A stretch of DNA of 64,000 bases from an uncultured Gemmatimonadales bacterium (GCA_963828735.1 CAWHFW010000005.1:704001-768000); one strand, 5' to 3'. Shown: positions 51,631 through 62,738, counted from the stretch's first letter. Notes: generated by a model from the letters alone, not told the origin. Translations and numbers: made by a program.

Positions 51631-52468
51631 CTCCGCTACTACTCTGAGCGGGAGAGCACGCCGGACCGGCTCGCACGGAAGGCGAAAGAGCTATACCGGC
51701 GGGCGGGGAGCGAGGACGGCAGCGAGCCGTGGATAAAGGCTCCGTGGATGCGATGGAACACCTTTAGTCGGCTCGTGCTAGCCGGCCGTGAGGCGAGCAA
51801 TACCGCGGATGCGATTATGAACTATCGGCTCGGCCAGGCGCTGGAGGCGATCATAGGCGGCCGCGAGCGACGGGCGCGGCGACGTGCGGCGTGACGGTAC
51901 TGGCGATCGCCGGCGGCCGGGACTGGCCAGGAAAGCCGGTGAGTCGCGCGATCACCCTCGCCGCCGGCCTGGGACCTGGCTCAGATCATGAGATTGAGCA
52001 CTCTTGTCTCAGACCTGGCGAGTGCTTCCTTCGTGCTGCTTCCACTGCTGTCACGTGCCTGTGCCACGCCTGTTTAGGGTCGGGGGATAGGACAGCGCAC
52101 CTATCCTCGAATGCAACGGCTCCAAACTTCCCTATCTCAGGCGGTAGGCCAAGGGCCTCTTGCAGCTGGAGGAATCTGAGGCTTTCCTCTGCCAGCCACT
52201 TCAGCTTCCAGTACTGGTCTCGTTTCTCCGACTGTGCCCGTGCCTCTTCTCGGGACAAAGCAGGCCTTGGATGGTAGCCTCTCCCTCAACGGTAACCGAC
52301 ATGGCGTGGGCTGTTCCGCAGCCCAGCAGGACCGAGGTGGATGGCGCTGGCAACGCTCTCACTCGTAGCTCGGCACTCGATTATGGTCGTCGAGCTCGCT
52401 GCAACCGCCGGCCGACGTAGGGCCAACGCCTTTTAGCCGGCCACCGCGGGCGTCACGGTGTGTGCGCA

Positions 52469-55029
52469 TTAGCGAGACGTACCAATCAAGCCGTTGAATC
52501 GCGGATCCTCCGCAAGGCGTCGGAACCACCAGCCTTCGTCATCGCGCAGACTAGCTCGGTACCCCGGATTCACGGTGAGATAGGCTCTGAGTTGAGTCAG
52601 TGCCTCGGTGTTATCTCCCACCAGAGTCCACGCAAACGCGGATATCAGAGTGAGATCTGCCGTAGGATCGATTTCAGGATTGGCCTTCGTATGGTGGAGG
52701 AGGCTCCTCGCGCTGTCCTTCTGTTCGGCGCGAGCCAACACGGCCGAGACGAGCACCCGTGCGTACAACTGTTGGTAGCGCCTGTCTCCGGGGTCCTTAG
52801 TGAGCAGAACCATCGAATCCGCCAATGCCCAAGCTCGCACGACGTCTGGTGGTTTGAAATCGGTGGTGAGCATCAACAGGTCACATTCCACGAAGTTCGG
52901 GTCCTCTGGGAACCGTTGCCGCCCCTCCTGGCACCGTTGGTTCGCGCTAGCGAACTGCCCCCGTCGTAGTCGGCCAGTATAAGGCGCCGGAAGATCACGG
53001 CCGCGTTGTCAAGGTAGGCATCCGTTTCCAATGCTTTGTTTGCGGCATAGGCTACATCGACCTTAGTCTTTCCCGGGGCATTGTTGTAGAGGTGCGATAG
53101 TGAGGCATAAGCGCTGGCCTGGGCGGGGTTGAAACGTGTTGCTTCCTCCAGATCGGTTTGGGCGCTCGCTAGCAGTTTGTCTCGCTTGGCCGAATCCGCT
53201 TCGAGCCCCATCAGCCAACCCCAGTATTTGAGCGTGCCTCGTAGCTCGATCGCATCGGCGCTCTTCGCGTTCAACTTGAGCGCCCGCTCCGCGTGGCCTA
53301 GGCCCGAGTCAATCATGCGGCTGGCCAGGGCTAAATCCTGCGGTGCTTGGCGTGTCCTCCGAAGGTTGAGAGCGGCGCGGAGTATGCTGGGATCGGGCCA
53401 CTGGGGATCTAGCAGCTCGGCAATCGCTGCAACAGAATCACCCACGAGGTAGAGACGGCTCGACCCAGCTATGTTGCCAGCCTTGTGCAGCGAGTCCCCC
53501 TTATTACGCGCTAGGAGTGCCCGCTGGTATTTCTCCCAGGCATCGGTGTTCCTAGCCTCAGTCCTTGTCCGGCCCAACTCAACAGCCCTGCCGAGGCGCT
53601 TCCGAACCAGCAGGGCCACCTCGTCTGAGAGGCTATCAGATAGTGCTATGAGGTCCCTAGCCTGTTTCTTGACCGTCGCGCGGTCCAACTCGACCCCAGC
53701 ATCATCGAACAGGCGGACCGTCACCCAGATGCTATCGTGCTCGGGCTCGACGCTGCCCCCCACGAGCGTCCCGACCTTGAGGGCACGCGCAATGCTGTCA
53801 CGCGCCACAGTGGTTTCGCGGTACTGGGCTACGCCACCCTGCGAAACAACCGACAAGCCTTTGACGCTGGCCAGGGTCCGGATCAGGCTTTCGGTAAGGC
53901 CACTTGTCAGGTAGGCCAATTCGTGCTTGGGGCTGTCATCCGTGAAGTAGAGGACGGCGATGCGCTTCCTCTCGAGGCCGCCTTCCACCACTGAGTCTGT
54001 CGAGCGCGCTGTTCGCCCAATGCTCACCCACCAAACCACGAGAGTCCCGATTGCCAGGGCGGTCAGGGCGATGGTCCATTTGTGTGGTTGCCGCCATCTG
54101 GCCGCGGCCGACTTGTCGGCATCAGGAACCCCTACCGGCACCGTCAGACGGTTGTCTCCCTTCGAGTATGCACGTGTGGTTCCTGCGCTATTCGTCTCGG
54201 GCGTAGCGAGCGCCCTAGCAAATGCTTCAGCAGTAGGGAAACGGTCGGCCGGCGTCTTGGCGAGCACACGCTCAAGGACCTGGTCTACCTTGACCGGCAC
54301 GGTCTCGCGAACAGTTCGGACATGCGGGATCGGTTCACGCAGCCGCTTCGCCAAGATGGCTTGGGCCGAGGTGCCGGTGTACGGTGCCTCACCCGCGAGC
54401 ATCTCGTATAGGACGCACCCCAGGCTGTACAGGTCCGACCGCCCGTCCAGAGCTGGGTCCGCCAAACTCTGCTCTGGGCTCATGTACGCGGGAGTTCCCA
54501 CTGACACACCGGTCTCGGTCAGCTGCTCGCGGCCGGCTGCTTGCAACGCACGAGCAACCCCGAAGTCGGCCACGACGGCGTGCCCACGAGAGAGGAGGAT
54601 GTTTTCCGGCTTTATGTCGCGGTGTACGATACCCTGCCCGTGCGCATATCCCAGCGCGTCGGACACTTCACCAGCGATCTGGAGCGCGTCCTCGACCGAC
54701 AGCTGGCGCTCGTGCCGGAGGCGGTCACGCAGTGACTCGCCCTCGACGAATGGCATTGTATACCAGAGCTGCCCGGCCGCTTCGCCAGAATCGAGCACCG
54801 GCAGTATGTGGGGATGTTGGAGGCGTGCAGTCGTCCGTATCTCGCGTTGGAAGCGCTCCGGGCCGAGCGTTGCCGCGAGCTCCGGGTGAAGCACCTTCAG
54901 AGCTACCATTCGGTCGTGCTTCAGCTCGTGCGCCAGGAACACCGTGGCCATGCCACCACGGCCCAGCTCGCGCTGGAGCTGATAGCGGCCGGCCAGAGCC
55001 TCTTCGAGCGATTCTCGCAGGTCTGCCAC
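52469..55029 (-). CDS. Ser/Thr protein kinase with TM, TolB-N-like and TPR-like regions, frameshift near 52960
   Basis: GRGGM, HRDIKPEN, DFG, GTPAYMSPE; RIAVLYF; one G short in a G run. Confidence 0.85.
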
Positions 55030-55323
55030 GTGGGGTTAGCAGGGACGGAGGATATGCAAAGATTACAGGGTGTCGTCGGAAGGGCTATGAGCCCGATCGG
55101 AACACCTTGTGTATCAAGCGCCTACCAAACCCGCTCCTCGGGGAGCACGACGTGGTGAAAGCCTATACTGAGGTCCACGACGTACTGGTGGCACTTTTGG
55201 GGGCAGACAGCGGGGGGTTGGGCGGACTGGACGGACTGAGCCAGACAGCGAACCGCGCGACTGCCAGAGGGAAACGGACCGGGGCGGACAGCGGCGGACG
55301 CAGCCGGAATGATCCGCAGGCCC

Positions 55324-55361
55324 TTAAAAGTCCCTTGCTCTACCAGCTGAGCTACGCCCCC
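55324..55361 (-). repeat. tRNA-Lys 5' fragment (att site)
   Basis: Identical to 50151-50188; identity ends exactly after the 7 nt anticodon loop. Confidence 0.92.
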
Positions 55362-55412
55362 GAGAGCGGAAACATCAGCCGCCAGCGCGGCCCGACCTGC
55401 GCCCGGCGCCCA

Positions 55413-55685
55413 CTACGTCGAGTCGATCCGCCGGCGCCGCTCGTCCTGCCGCGCCTGCCGTTCCGCGTCGGCCTGGCCGGCGGACGGAACGCCGCGAAAC
55501 TCGAAGTGCCGGTCATCGAGCGCCCGATCGCGGGTGAGTGGCACCCGCTCGCGCGCCCGCAGTCGGAGCGCCAGCACCTGGTCCGTCAGCACCGCGGCCG
55601 GCTGCCACTCGTTCGCCGCGATGCCCGGGTAGAGGTGCGCGAATTCGGGCTTGAGCATTGCCTGGCGAATCCCGGGCCTCGACAT
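55413..55685 (-). CDS. Hypothetical protein
   Basis: LKPEFAHLYPGI..W..A, HFEFRG; tandem with the next ORF. Confidence 0.6.
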   Translation of the reverse strand: MSRPGIRQAMLKPEFAHLYPGIAANEWQPAAVLTDQVLALRLRARERVPLTRDRALDDRHFEFRGVPSAGQADAERQARQDERRRRIDST

Positions 55686-55692
55686 CCCGGCG

Positions 55693-55983
55693 TCACCGTC
55701 TCCGGCGCGCCAGCAGAAAGCCCAGCGCGATCGCCGCGACTCCGATCAGCGCGGCCGATCCGATGGCGCGCTTCACGTTCTTCGACAGGCCCTTGTGCCT
55801 CTCGGCGATCTCGCGCGACGTGTCGGCCAGCGCCGAATTGACCCGCTCGCGCTGCTCGAGCCACTCATGGATGAGGCCCGGCTCTTCCACCTCGGTGGGC
55901 TTGGCGGCCAGGCGGCGGCGGACCTCGTCCTCGCCGATCGAATCCAGCTCCCTCCAGACCTGCTCACGCGTCTTGCGGACCAT
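55693..55983 (-). CDS. Hypothetical protein with C-terminal TM
   Basis: MVRKTREQVW...; GGGAG RBS. Confidence 0.55.
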   Translation of the reverse strand: MVRKTREQVWRELDSIGEDEVRRRLAAKPTEVEEPGLIHEWLEQRERVNSALADTSREIAERHKGLSKNVKRAIGSAALIGVAAIALGFLLARRRR

Positions 55984-56100
55984 TGGATCTCCCGAGCCAA
56001 GGCCGGTGTCCGGCCGTTGAGGGAATGTACCTACTCGAGGCGCGCGGGGCATATATTCCACTCCCCGGTGCGCCTCCGCCCTCGCACGAGGTCATCCTCC

Positions 56101-56472
56101 ATGCTTCGATCGATCGGTGCCACGCTCGTGGCCCTCCTGGCGCTCGCGCAGCCGCTGGTCGCCCAGGACGACCGCTGGCAGATCACCCTGGACAACGACC
56201 AGTACGTCTGGGACATCCGCCTCGTGCGCCTCGACGGCGACTCCCTCGTCGTGCGGCAGTCGGACAGCCTGGTGCCGGTGCCGGTGGCACGCATCAAGGA
56301 GCTCCGGCTGATCCGGAAGACCGAGGTCGAGCTCGGCGGCAACGACGCCGCCGGCGCGATGAACGCACTGGTCGGCGGGGACGACGAGGTGTACGATCTC
56401 ACGACCCTCGAGTTCGCGGACCGAATCAAGACGGTCCAGAAGATTCTGCTGATGCACCCGGCCGGCCCCTAG
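56101..56472 (+). CDS. Secreted hypothetical protein
   Basis: Signal peptide; GAGG RBS. Confidence 0.65.
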   Translation: MLRSIGATLVALLALAQPLVAQDDRWQITLDNDQYVWDIRLVRLDGDSLVVRQSDSLVPVPVARIKELRLIRKTEVELGGNDAAGAMNALVGGDDEVYDLTTLEFADRIKTVQKILLMHPAGP

Positions 56473-56599
56473 CGGCCGAATCCCGAGCAACGCCTCATTT
56501 CGAGCCGATACGCGCGGCCAGGAGTACGGGGCCGATTGCCGCATGCGCGATGATCGCGGACGCCGGGTTCCACGCCGCGGAGCTGGTCGAGACATGGAC

Positions 56600-57871
56600 A
56601 TGACGTCGAACGGAACGCGACCGCCGGCGCTGCCGGTGGCGCATCGGGCCCGCCCACCCGTGTCGCTCCTATTCTGGCGCGACTGCTCGTCGCGGGCGCG
56701 CTCACGCTGGTGCCGGCCGGTGCCGCGCGCGCGCAGAAGGCCCCGGCCTCCGCCGACACCCTGCCGCTCGACTCGACGTTCTCGCACGCGGGCCCCGTGC
56801 TCCGCTGGAACGTCGCGTCGCGGGCTCTGATCGAGCGAACCATCGCCGCACGCGGCGATCGTCCCGCCACCCCGACCTTCTACGACGGCAACAACAACAG
56901 CCGGCTCTATGCGCTCGTGGCCGGCGCGCAGTACGACGCGCTCCGCGTCACGAACGATCCGGTCGAGGCCGAAGCGGCGGCGATCACGGCCGCCGCCTCG
57001 GTGCTTCGTACCGTGTTTCCGAGGGATACCGCCTGGATCGCTCGGCGGAGGTCGGCCGAATTCAAGCACCTCCGCGAGGCGGGCCTGTCGGCGGAGGGCC
57101 TGCGAGCCGGCCGAGCGGACCGGGTGGAAGGCCGCCGCACGCTGGGTGCAGGATGCGACCGCGGAGCTGCACGTCCCGCCCTGGCATGGCCACGTTCCCA
57201 CGGGCCCCGGTCGCTGGCACGGCGAAGGCACCGCCCCCGCCCTCGCCATCTCACTTGGGCTCCGCCCGTGGTTTCTCGCGAAGCGGGACCAGTTCCGCCC
57301 TCCACCGCCGCCGAGCCCCGATACGCCGGGATTTCGCGCCGCCATCGTGACGGTTCGCAGCGCGACCGCCTACAGGACCCGCGAGCAGACGCGCGCGACG
57401 TGGGCCTGGGCGCGGAACGCCGCCACGCTCTGGAGCGAGATCGCCGGCGGGATCATCCTCCGGCGTCGGCTTTCGGAGACGGACGCCGCCCGCGCGCTCA
57501 TGTACCTCAACATGACGCTCTCCGACGCGACGATCGCGTGCTGGGACGCGAAGCTCACCTACTGGTATCCCCGGCCGTCCCAGGTGGACCCGTCCATCGA
57601 CTTGTCGGTCCCCCTGCCCGACTTCCCGTCGTATCCCTCGGCGCATGCGACGTTGTTCGCCGCCGGCGCGGCCGTCCTCGGGCGCCTTGTCCCCGACGAG
57701 CGGGAAATGCTCGACAGCCTGGCGGAGGAGGCGACGGCCTCGCGCGTATGGGCGGGCGTACACTTTCCCTTCGACAATGCCGCCGGGATCCGGCTCGGGC
57801 AGGAGGTCGCCGGCGCCGCGAACGCGGTGCTCGACGCCGAGGGAGTGGACGTCGGGGCGAAGGCCCGGTGA
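56600..57871 (+). CDS. Vanadium haloperoxidase/PAP2 family protein, frameshift near 57120, start uncertain
   Basis: WDAK..YWYPRPSQ, PSYPSAH, SRVWAGVHF. Confidence 0.75.
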
Positions 57872-57994
57872 GCGATGTCCGAAGCCGGCTCGCTCGCGGG
57901 ACTGGCCGCGGTCGGCGAGATTCGACGGTATGAAATGGCCGCCGGCCGCGAGCTGGTAGCCGATTAGCGGCACGCCGATCCCGGAGGCCTGCGC

Positions 57995-58668
57995 ATGATC
58001 TCGCTGCTCATCACCGGCACGGACACGGGCGTCGGAAAGACCTGGGTCGCACGCGCGCTGTCGCACGCGCTCGTTGCGGCGGGCCGCCGAGTCGTCGCCG
58101 TGAAGCCGGTGGAGACGGGATGCGGTGGCGAGCGGTCCCATCTCGAGGATGGCGCGCTGCTCGCCACGGCCACGGGCCAGGCGGAGCCGCGCGGCGCGCT
58201 CCTCAGGTTCGCCGCGCCGGTGGCGCCCGCGCTCGCGGCGGAGCGGGAAGGCGAGACCATCGACCTCGACGCCTGGTGCTCCGGATCGAGGAGTCGAGCG
58301 CCGGCGCCGAGGTGTTGCTGATGGAGGGTGCCGGTGGGCTCTTGTCGCCCATCACGTGGGAATGGACCGTGGTGGACCTGGCGCGCCCGTTCGGGGCGTC
58401 AGTGCTTCTGGTGGCGGCCGATCGGCTCGGGACCATCAATCACGTGCAGCTCACCTTGAGTGCGCTGGAGCTCGCTGGATTGGATGTGGCGGGGGTGGTC
58501 CTGACTCCGCCGGAACGACCGGACGAATCGACGGGAACCAACGCCGCCTCCATCGCTCGGGTGAGCGGCCTCGAGCGGGTGCTCGGTTTGCCGCGGGCCG
58601 ACGATCCCTCCGGCGCGCGGGACGCGATCGCCCCCGTGCTCGGATGGCTCGACAGCCCCGCCCGCTGA
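57995..58668 (+). CDS. bioD: Dethiobiotin synthase, frameshift near 58272
   Basis: ITGTDTGVGKT, KPVETG, EGAGGL, LGTINH. Confidence 0.88.
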
Positions 58669-58680
58669 ACGCACTCGCCG

Positions 58681-59274
58681 TCATCGCCGAGCCGCCGTCA
58701 GCTCCCGGTCCGCCTCCGCAGCCGCGCGCTCCCGCGCTATCCACCGGACGAATCGCTCGAGCAGATCGGCCAGCACCTTCCTGGTGCCCGGGTGTGTGAG
58801 CCGGAGTTCCTGGTCGAATCGCGCGTGCGCCGCGGCGACGAGCAGCTCCGGCGGAGGCAGGAGGCGGGAGTGCGCGTGCGTCAGCAATTGACGAAGGTGG
58901 AGCTGTGCGCGCGCGGTGCCGACCTGGCTGGGGGAGCAGCCCATGAGCGCGACCGGCTTCCGCGCCAGCGGCGACAGGCCTGGCAAGCGTGAGCCCCAAT
59001 CGATCGCGGTCGTAAGCACGCCGGGGATGCCGTTGTTGTACTCCGGGGTCGCGATGAGGATGCCGTCGGCGCCGTGGAGCGTCGCCTTGAAGGCGGCGAC
59101 CGCCGGTGGGTCGCCGGCGGATTCCACGTCCGCGTTGTAGAACGGCAGGTCGCCGATCTCGATCGTCTCTACCACCACGCCAGCGGGGGCGAGCTCCGTG
59201 GCGGCCCGCACCAGGGCGCGGTTGTACGACCCGCGCCGCAGGCTGCCGGCAAATGCCACGATGCGGTCAGCCAT
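58681..59274 (-). CDS. NADPH-dependent FMN reductase
   Basis: GSLRRGSYN, TPEYN, GTARAQLHLRQ. Confidence 0.9.
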   Translation of the reverse strand: MADRIVAFAGSLRRGSYNRALVRAATELAPAGVVVETIEIGDLPFYNADVESAGDPPAVAAFKATLHGADGILIATPEYNNGIPGVLTTAIDWGSRLPGLSPLARKPVALMGCSPSQVGTARAQLHLRQLLTHAHSRLLPPPELLVAAAHARFDQELRLTHPGTRKVLADLLERFVRWIARERAAAEADRELTAARR

Positions 59275-59476
59275 GGCGAGCGGTCCCCGGGGGCAGGGAC
59301 AGCACCAGCCGGTGCGCGCAGCCGTGGCACGCCTCCACATGCTCGGCCACGGCCAGCGCCTCGATCCGGGGAAGGGTGCCCAGGAGATAGAGCTCGAGTC
59401 GCACGAGGATCAGCTCACAGGGCCAGCCTAGGGGATACTCCACGACGACCTCGTCACGGTGGTGGGGAGTATCCAC
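59267..59476 (-). CDS. Small zf-HC2-like protein
   Basis: LELYLLGTL...EHVEACHGC; overlaps the reductase start. Confidence 0.5.
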   Translation of the reverse strand: MDTPHHRDEVVVEYPLGWPCELILVRLELYLLGTLPRIEALAVAEHVEACHGCAHRLVLSLPPGTARHG

Positions 59477-60046
59477 AGTTGCCGTGACGAGACAGCCCGT
59501 CAATACACCCTTTCAATAGGCCCTAGGCCCATGAGGAGGCCCGGCTACCCGGCCTCCACCTCGTCGGGCCTCATGCCTTCGGCCCGCGACCTCGACAACC
59601 GGGGCGGAGACCATCTGCCGGGGCCGCCGATACTACCGGTTTCCGCGGCATCTCCCGCGCGTCTCCTTCCTCTATATAGGCCGGCGCACGATCCCGGCTC
59701 CTCTCCAGCGCACCGAACCCCTGAATACGACAGCAGCTATCTGCCTCACCCCGTCGGTGGCGGGGTTCTTGCCATCCGAACCACGAACGGGATCGGCCCG
59801 GATGTGCCACGAGTTGCACCGCGCCAATTCCTGCGGCCTCATGTGCGGCACTTTGAACACTGACTCAAACTTGAGAATTGCGGGCCGACCTCCGCCGTTC
59901 ACAGGTTCGATGCAAGACCACTGAAGACGCCGTCTTCGCGGTCGGCAGCCGGCCGGTCGCCTTCTCCAGCTCAGAGCAACCCGTCGGCGACGGCGGCGCG
60001 CAGAGCCAGGGGTCTCTCCGAGACAGCCCAGCCGCCTGGAGGGTAC

Positions 60047-61783
60047 ATGTGGATGGATCGCAGGGAGCCGACGTCGAGCCGCTCGGGCTTCGCCCTCGAG
60101 GCGACCATGATGCTGCTCATTCTCCTGACCGTGCTCATCAGCGCGGGCCTCGCGGCCACGATGATGGTGCAGCGGAGCTCAGGCGTTGACTATCGCGGCG
60201 CCAGCGCCACCTACGCGGCGGAGTCCGGGGCCGACCACGTCATGTCGCAGCTCGAGGGCGACATCCAGGACGGCTCGATCTCGGACGCGGAGCTGGCGGC
60301 CCTCACCCCTCCCGTCATCGGCGGGTTCAATATTACCGTCAGCGGTGCCCGCGTCGGCGCGCCGGTCCCCAAGACCATCGCGAGCGGGCCGTATACCGGC
60401 CTCTTCGGACTCAACCAGCAGCTCGACATCACGGTGCACGCTCTGGACCCGAGAGCGAATCGCGCCGACGCCGTCGTCTCGGTCAACGCGCAGTCGATCC
60501 CGCTGTTCCAGTTCGGCGTGTTCTACGAGGGAGACCTCGAGATCCACAACGGCCCGCCGATGACGTTCGCGGGCTGGGTACATACCAACAGCAACCTGTA
60601 TCTGTCGTCCGCCAACACCTTCTTCCAGGACCTGATCACGACGCCTGGGAGCGTCTACTGGGATCGGAAGGCCTACTCCGACCGCTTGAACGGCGTGTGG
60701 ATCAACAACGCCGGCGCCGTGCCGGTCAACCTGACGTTCGACAGCCGGAGCAAGCCGGTACCGAATGACTTCCGCGCCGCCAGCCAGGCCAGCTTCGACG
60801 GCCGGGTGATGACGTCCGCGCACGGGGTCACGCCGCTCCGTCTTCCGCTCCCTCAGGGCATGGCGGCCGTCGAGCTGGTGCGCCCCCGGTCCGCCGGCGA
60901 TGACCCCGATGCGCGCAAGGTCAAGGAGGCGTGGCTGGCGGATCTCTACGTCACGGTGGATCTCAATCAGCTCGCGGCGCCCTGCGTCGGGCCGGGAGCG
61001 TTGCAATACCTCGCGCGCCCGAACGGTCGCCAGACGCCCGACGCGCTCGCGTGTCCGCTGATCTTCAACGGCAAGCCCGACGCGTTCCTGGAGGGCCGCG
61101 AGAACCTCGGCGTGGACATGCTCGACATCGACGTCGGCGCGCTGGAGAACTGGATCGCGGTCAACCAGCCTGGCCGGCGCGTGGACATCATGTACGTCAC
61201 GTTCGCCAACGCCAACGCGGGCGTGGCCACCGCGGACTACCCGGCCGTGCGCCTGATCAACGGGAGCGCGTTGCAGTACCCGCTGACCATCGCCACCGAT
61301 CGGCCACTCTACGTGCAGGGAGACTACAACAGCGTTGGCTGGAAGCCCGCCGCGCTGATGAGCGACGCCGTGACGTTCCTCTCCGCCGGATGGAGCGACG
61401 CCGCGCATGCCGCCTTCCCGGCCGGCCCGACGACGTCGAGCGGCGAGATGTGGGTGTTCGCGGCCATCGCGGCGGGGCATTCGGCCACGCCGTGCGACTA
61501 TCAGGTCGCGGGCTGCCTGGGCGGGCACTATGGCGGCGGCCTGGAAAACTTCCCGCGCTTCCTCGAGCGCTGGAGCGGCATTCAGATGCACTACCGCGGC
61601 TCGTTGGTCTCGCTGTTCGAGAGCCAGAACGCCAACCTCCACGAGTGGAGCTGGCGTTACTACTACGATCCGCCGACGCGTGACTGGCAGTTCGACACGC
61701 GCTTCCGCGATCCGACGAACCTGCCGCCCGGCACGCCGGTGACGGCGACGGTGAGCCAGATCGCCTACCGGCCGGTGTACTGA
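60047..61783 (+). CDS. Large PilX-like minor pilin
   Basis: GFAL + hydrophobic helix, A.YAAESG, IPLFQF, GGLENFPRFLE.W, PPGTP. Confidence 0.75.
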   Translation: MWMDRREPTSSRSGFALEATMMLLILLTVLISAGLAATMMVQRSSGVDYRGASATYAAESGADHVMSQLEGDIQDGSISDAELAALTPPVIGGFNITVSGARVGAPVPKTIASGPYTGLFGLNQQLDITVHALDPRANRADAVVSVNAQSIPLFQFGVFYEGDLEIHNGPPMTFAGWVHTNSNLYLSSANTFFQDLITTPGSVYWDRKAYSDRLNGVWINNAGAVPVNLTFDSRSKPVPNDFRAASQASFDGRVMTSAHGVTPLRLPLPQGMAAVELVRPRSAGDDPDARKVKEAWLADLYVTVDLNQLAAPCVGPGALQYLARPNGRQTPDALACPLIFNGKPDAFLEGRENLGVDMLDIDVGALENWIAVNQPGRRVDIMYVTFANANAGVATADYPAVRLINGSALQYPLTIATDRPLYVQGDYNSVGWKPAALMSDAVTFLSAGWSDAAHAAFPAGPTTSSGEMWVFAAIAAGHSATPCDYQVAGCLGGHYGGGLENFPRFLERWSGIQMHYRGSLVSLFESQNANLHEWSWRYYYDPPTRDWQFDTRFRDPTNLPPGTPVTATVSQIAYRPVY

Positions 61784-62355
61784 TGCGCTCCAGGATGCCG
61801 CATCCGCGGCGCGGGTTCAGCTTGATCGAGATCATGGTCGTCGTGGTCCTGATCGGGCTCATGATGGCCATCGTGGTGCCGAGGTTCCGCGTCTCCCAGT
61901 ACACCAGGACGCGGGAAGCGGCGGACCTGCTCGTGCGCGACCTGGAGGCGGTGCGCTCGCGCGCCCTCGCGACCCGGAGCATCGCGCGCATCGTCGTGAG
62001 CCCGGGGGCGGGCACCTACACGGGGTACCTCGATGCCGACCGCGACGGGGCCCTGGCGCAGACGGCGGCGGAGACCGACGCGCTCGAGATCTTCCGAACC
62101 AGGGCGCTCGACCAGGGCGTGCAGTTCGGCCGCGGCGGTGCCCCCGACGTTCCCGGCTTTGCGGGTGGCGGGAGCATCACGCTGCCAAACAGCCGCGTGG
62201 ACTTCGACTCGCGCGGGTTGACGACCCCGCTGGGCACACGCGGCGTGGTGTACCTCAGGTCCGTCGCCGACACGACGGCGGTGACGGCCGTCTCGATCAG
62301 CCCGGCGGCAGGCATCCAGGCATGGACATATCTGGGGGGAGGCAGGTGGCAATGA
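61783..62355 (+). CDS. Prepilin (FimT/FimU/GspH-like)
   Basis: RRGFSLIEIM class III signal; FDSRG. Confidence 0.85.
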   Translation: MRSRMPHPRRGFSLIEIMVVVVLIGLMMAIVVPRFRVSQYTRTREAADLLVRDLEAVRSRALATRSIARIVVSPGAGTYTGYLDADRDGALAQTAAETDALEIFRTRALDQGVQFGRGGAPDVPGFAGGGSITLPNSRVDFDSRGLTTPLGTRGVVYLRSVADTTAVTAVSISPAAGIQAWTYLGGGRWQ

Positions 62356-62738
62356 GCCGGGCGCGCGACGAGCGGGGTTTCACCCTCATCTCGGTCCTGC
62401 TGGCCGTGATGATGCTGACCATCGGGCTGGTCGCGCTCGCGCGCACGCAGGGGTTGCTCACCGCCGCGGAGAGCGGCGTCTCGAACCGCTCGGTGGCGCT
62501 CGCCGTCGCGAGCGGATACCTCGAGCAGCTTCGCGGTTCCGACCCGTCTACGCTGGTCTCGGAAGCGCCGGTCGCGGTGGACGCGGACGGCCAGCCAGCC
62601 GCAAACGGCCCGTACCAGCGATCGACCGTGGTTACCCTCGACCAGCCCAACCTGGTGCGCCTTCAGGTCATCGTGGACTACCCTCGCTCGTCGATGCCCG
62701 TCCAGCTGGTCGCCCTGCTCTACCGGCGGACACCATGA
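62352..62738 (+). CDS. Prepilin (PilV-like)
   Basis: RGFTLISVLLA..IGLVALA. Confidence 0.8.
   Translation: MSRARDERGFTLISVLLAVMMLTIGLVALARTQGLLTAAESGVSNRSVALAVASGYLEQLRGSDPSTLVSEAPVAVDADGQPAANGPYQRSTVVTLDQPNLVRLQVIVDYPRSSMPVQLVALLYRRTP

Larger units (their letters stand above)
50189..55323. mobile_element. ~5.1 kb decayed integrative element upstream of tRNA-Lys
   Basis: Bounded by the tRNA and its duplicated 5' half; integrase remnant; matched arm-like motifs at 50264 and 55184. Confidence 0.75.

Noticed and set aside
51986..52258. 90 aa ORF
   Set aside because: No motif or clear RBS.
52421..52468. Left half of an attC-like site
   Set aside because: GGCCAAC does not fit RYYYAAC and there is no right half.
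55324..55361. Split or intron-containing tRNA-Lys
   Set aside because: An intact copy is present and an integrase remnant explains the fragment; no intron structure recognised.
59500..60040. Riboswitch or sigma54 promoter before the pilin cluster
   Set aside because: No recognisable aptamer and no correctly spaced GG-N10-GC consensus found.
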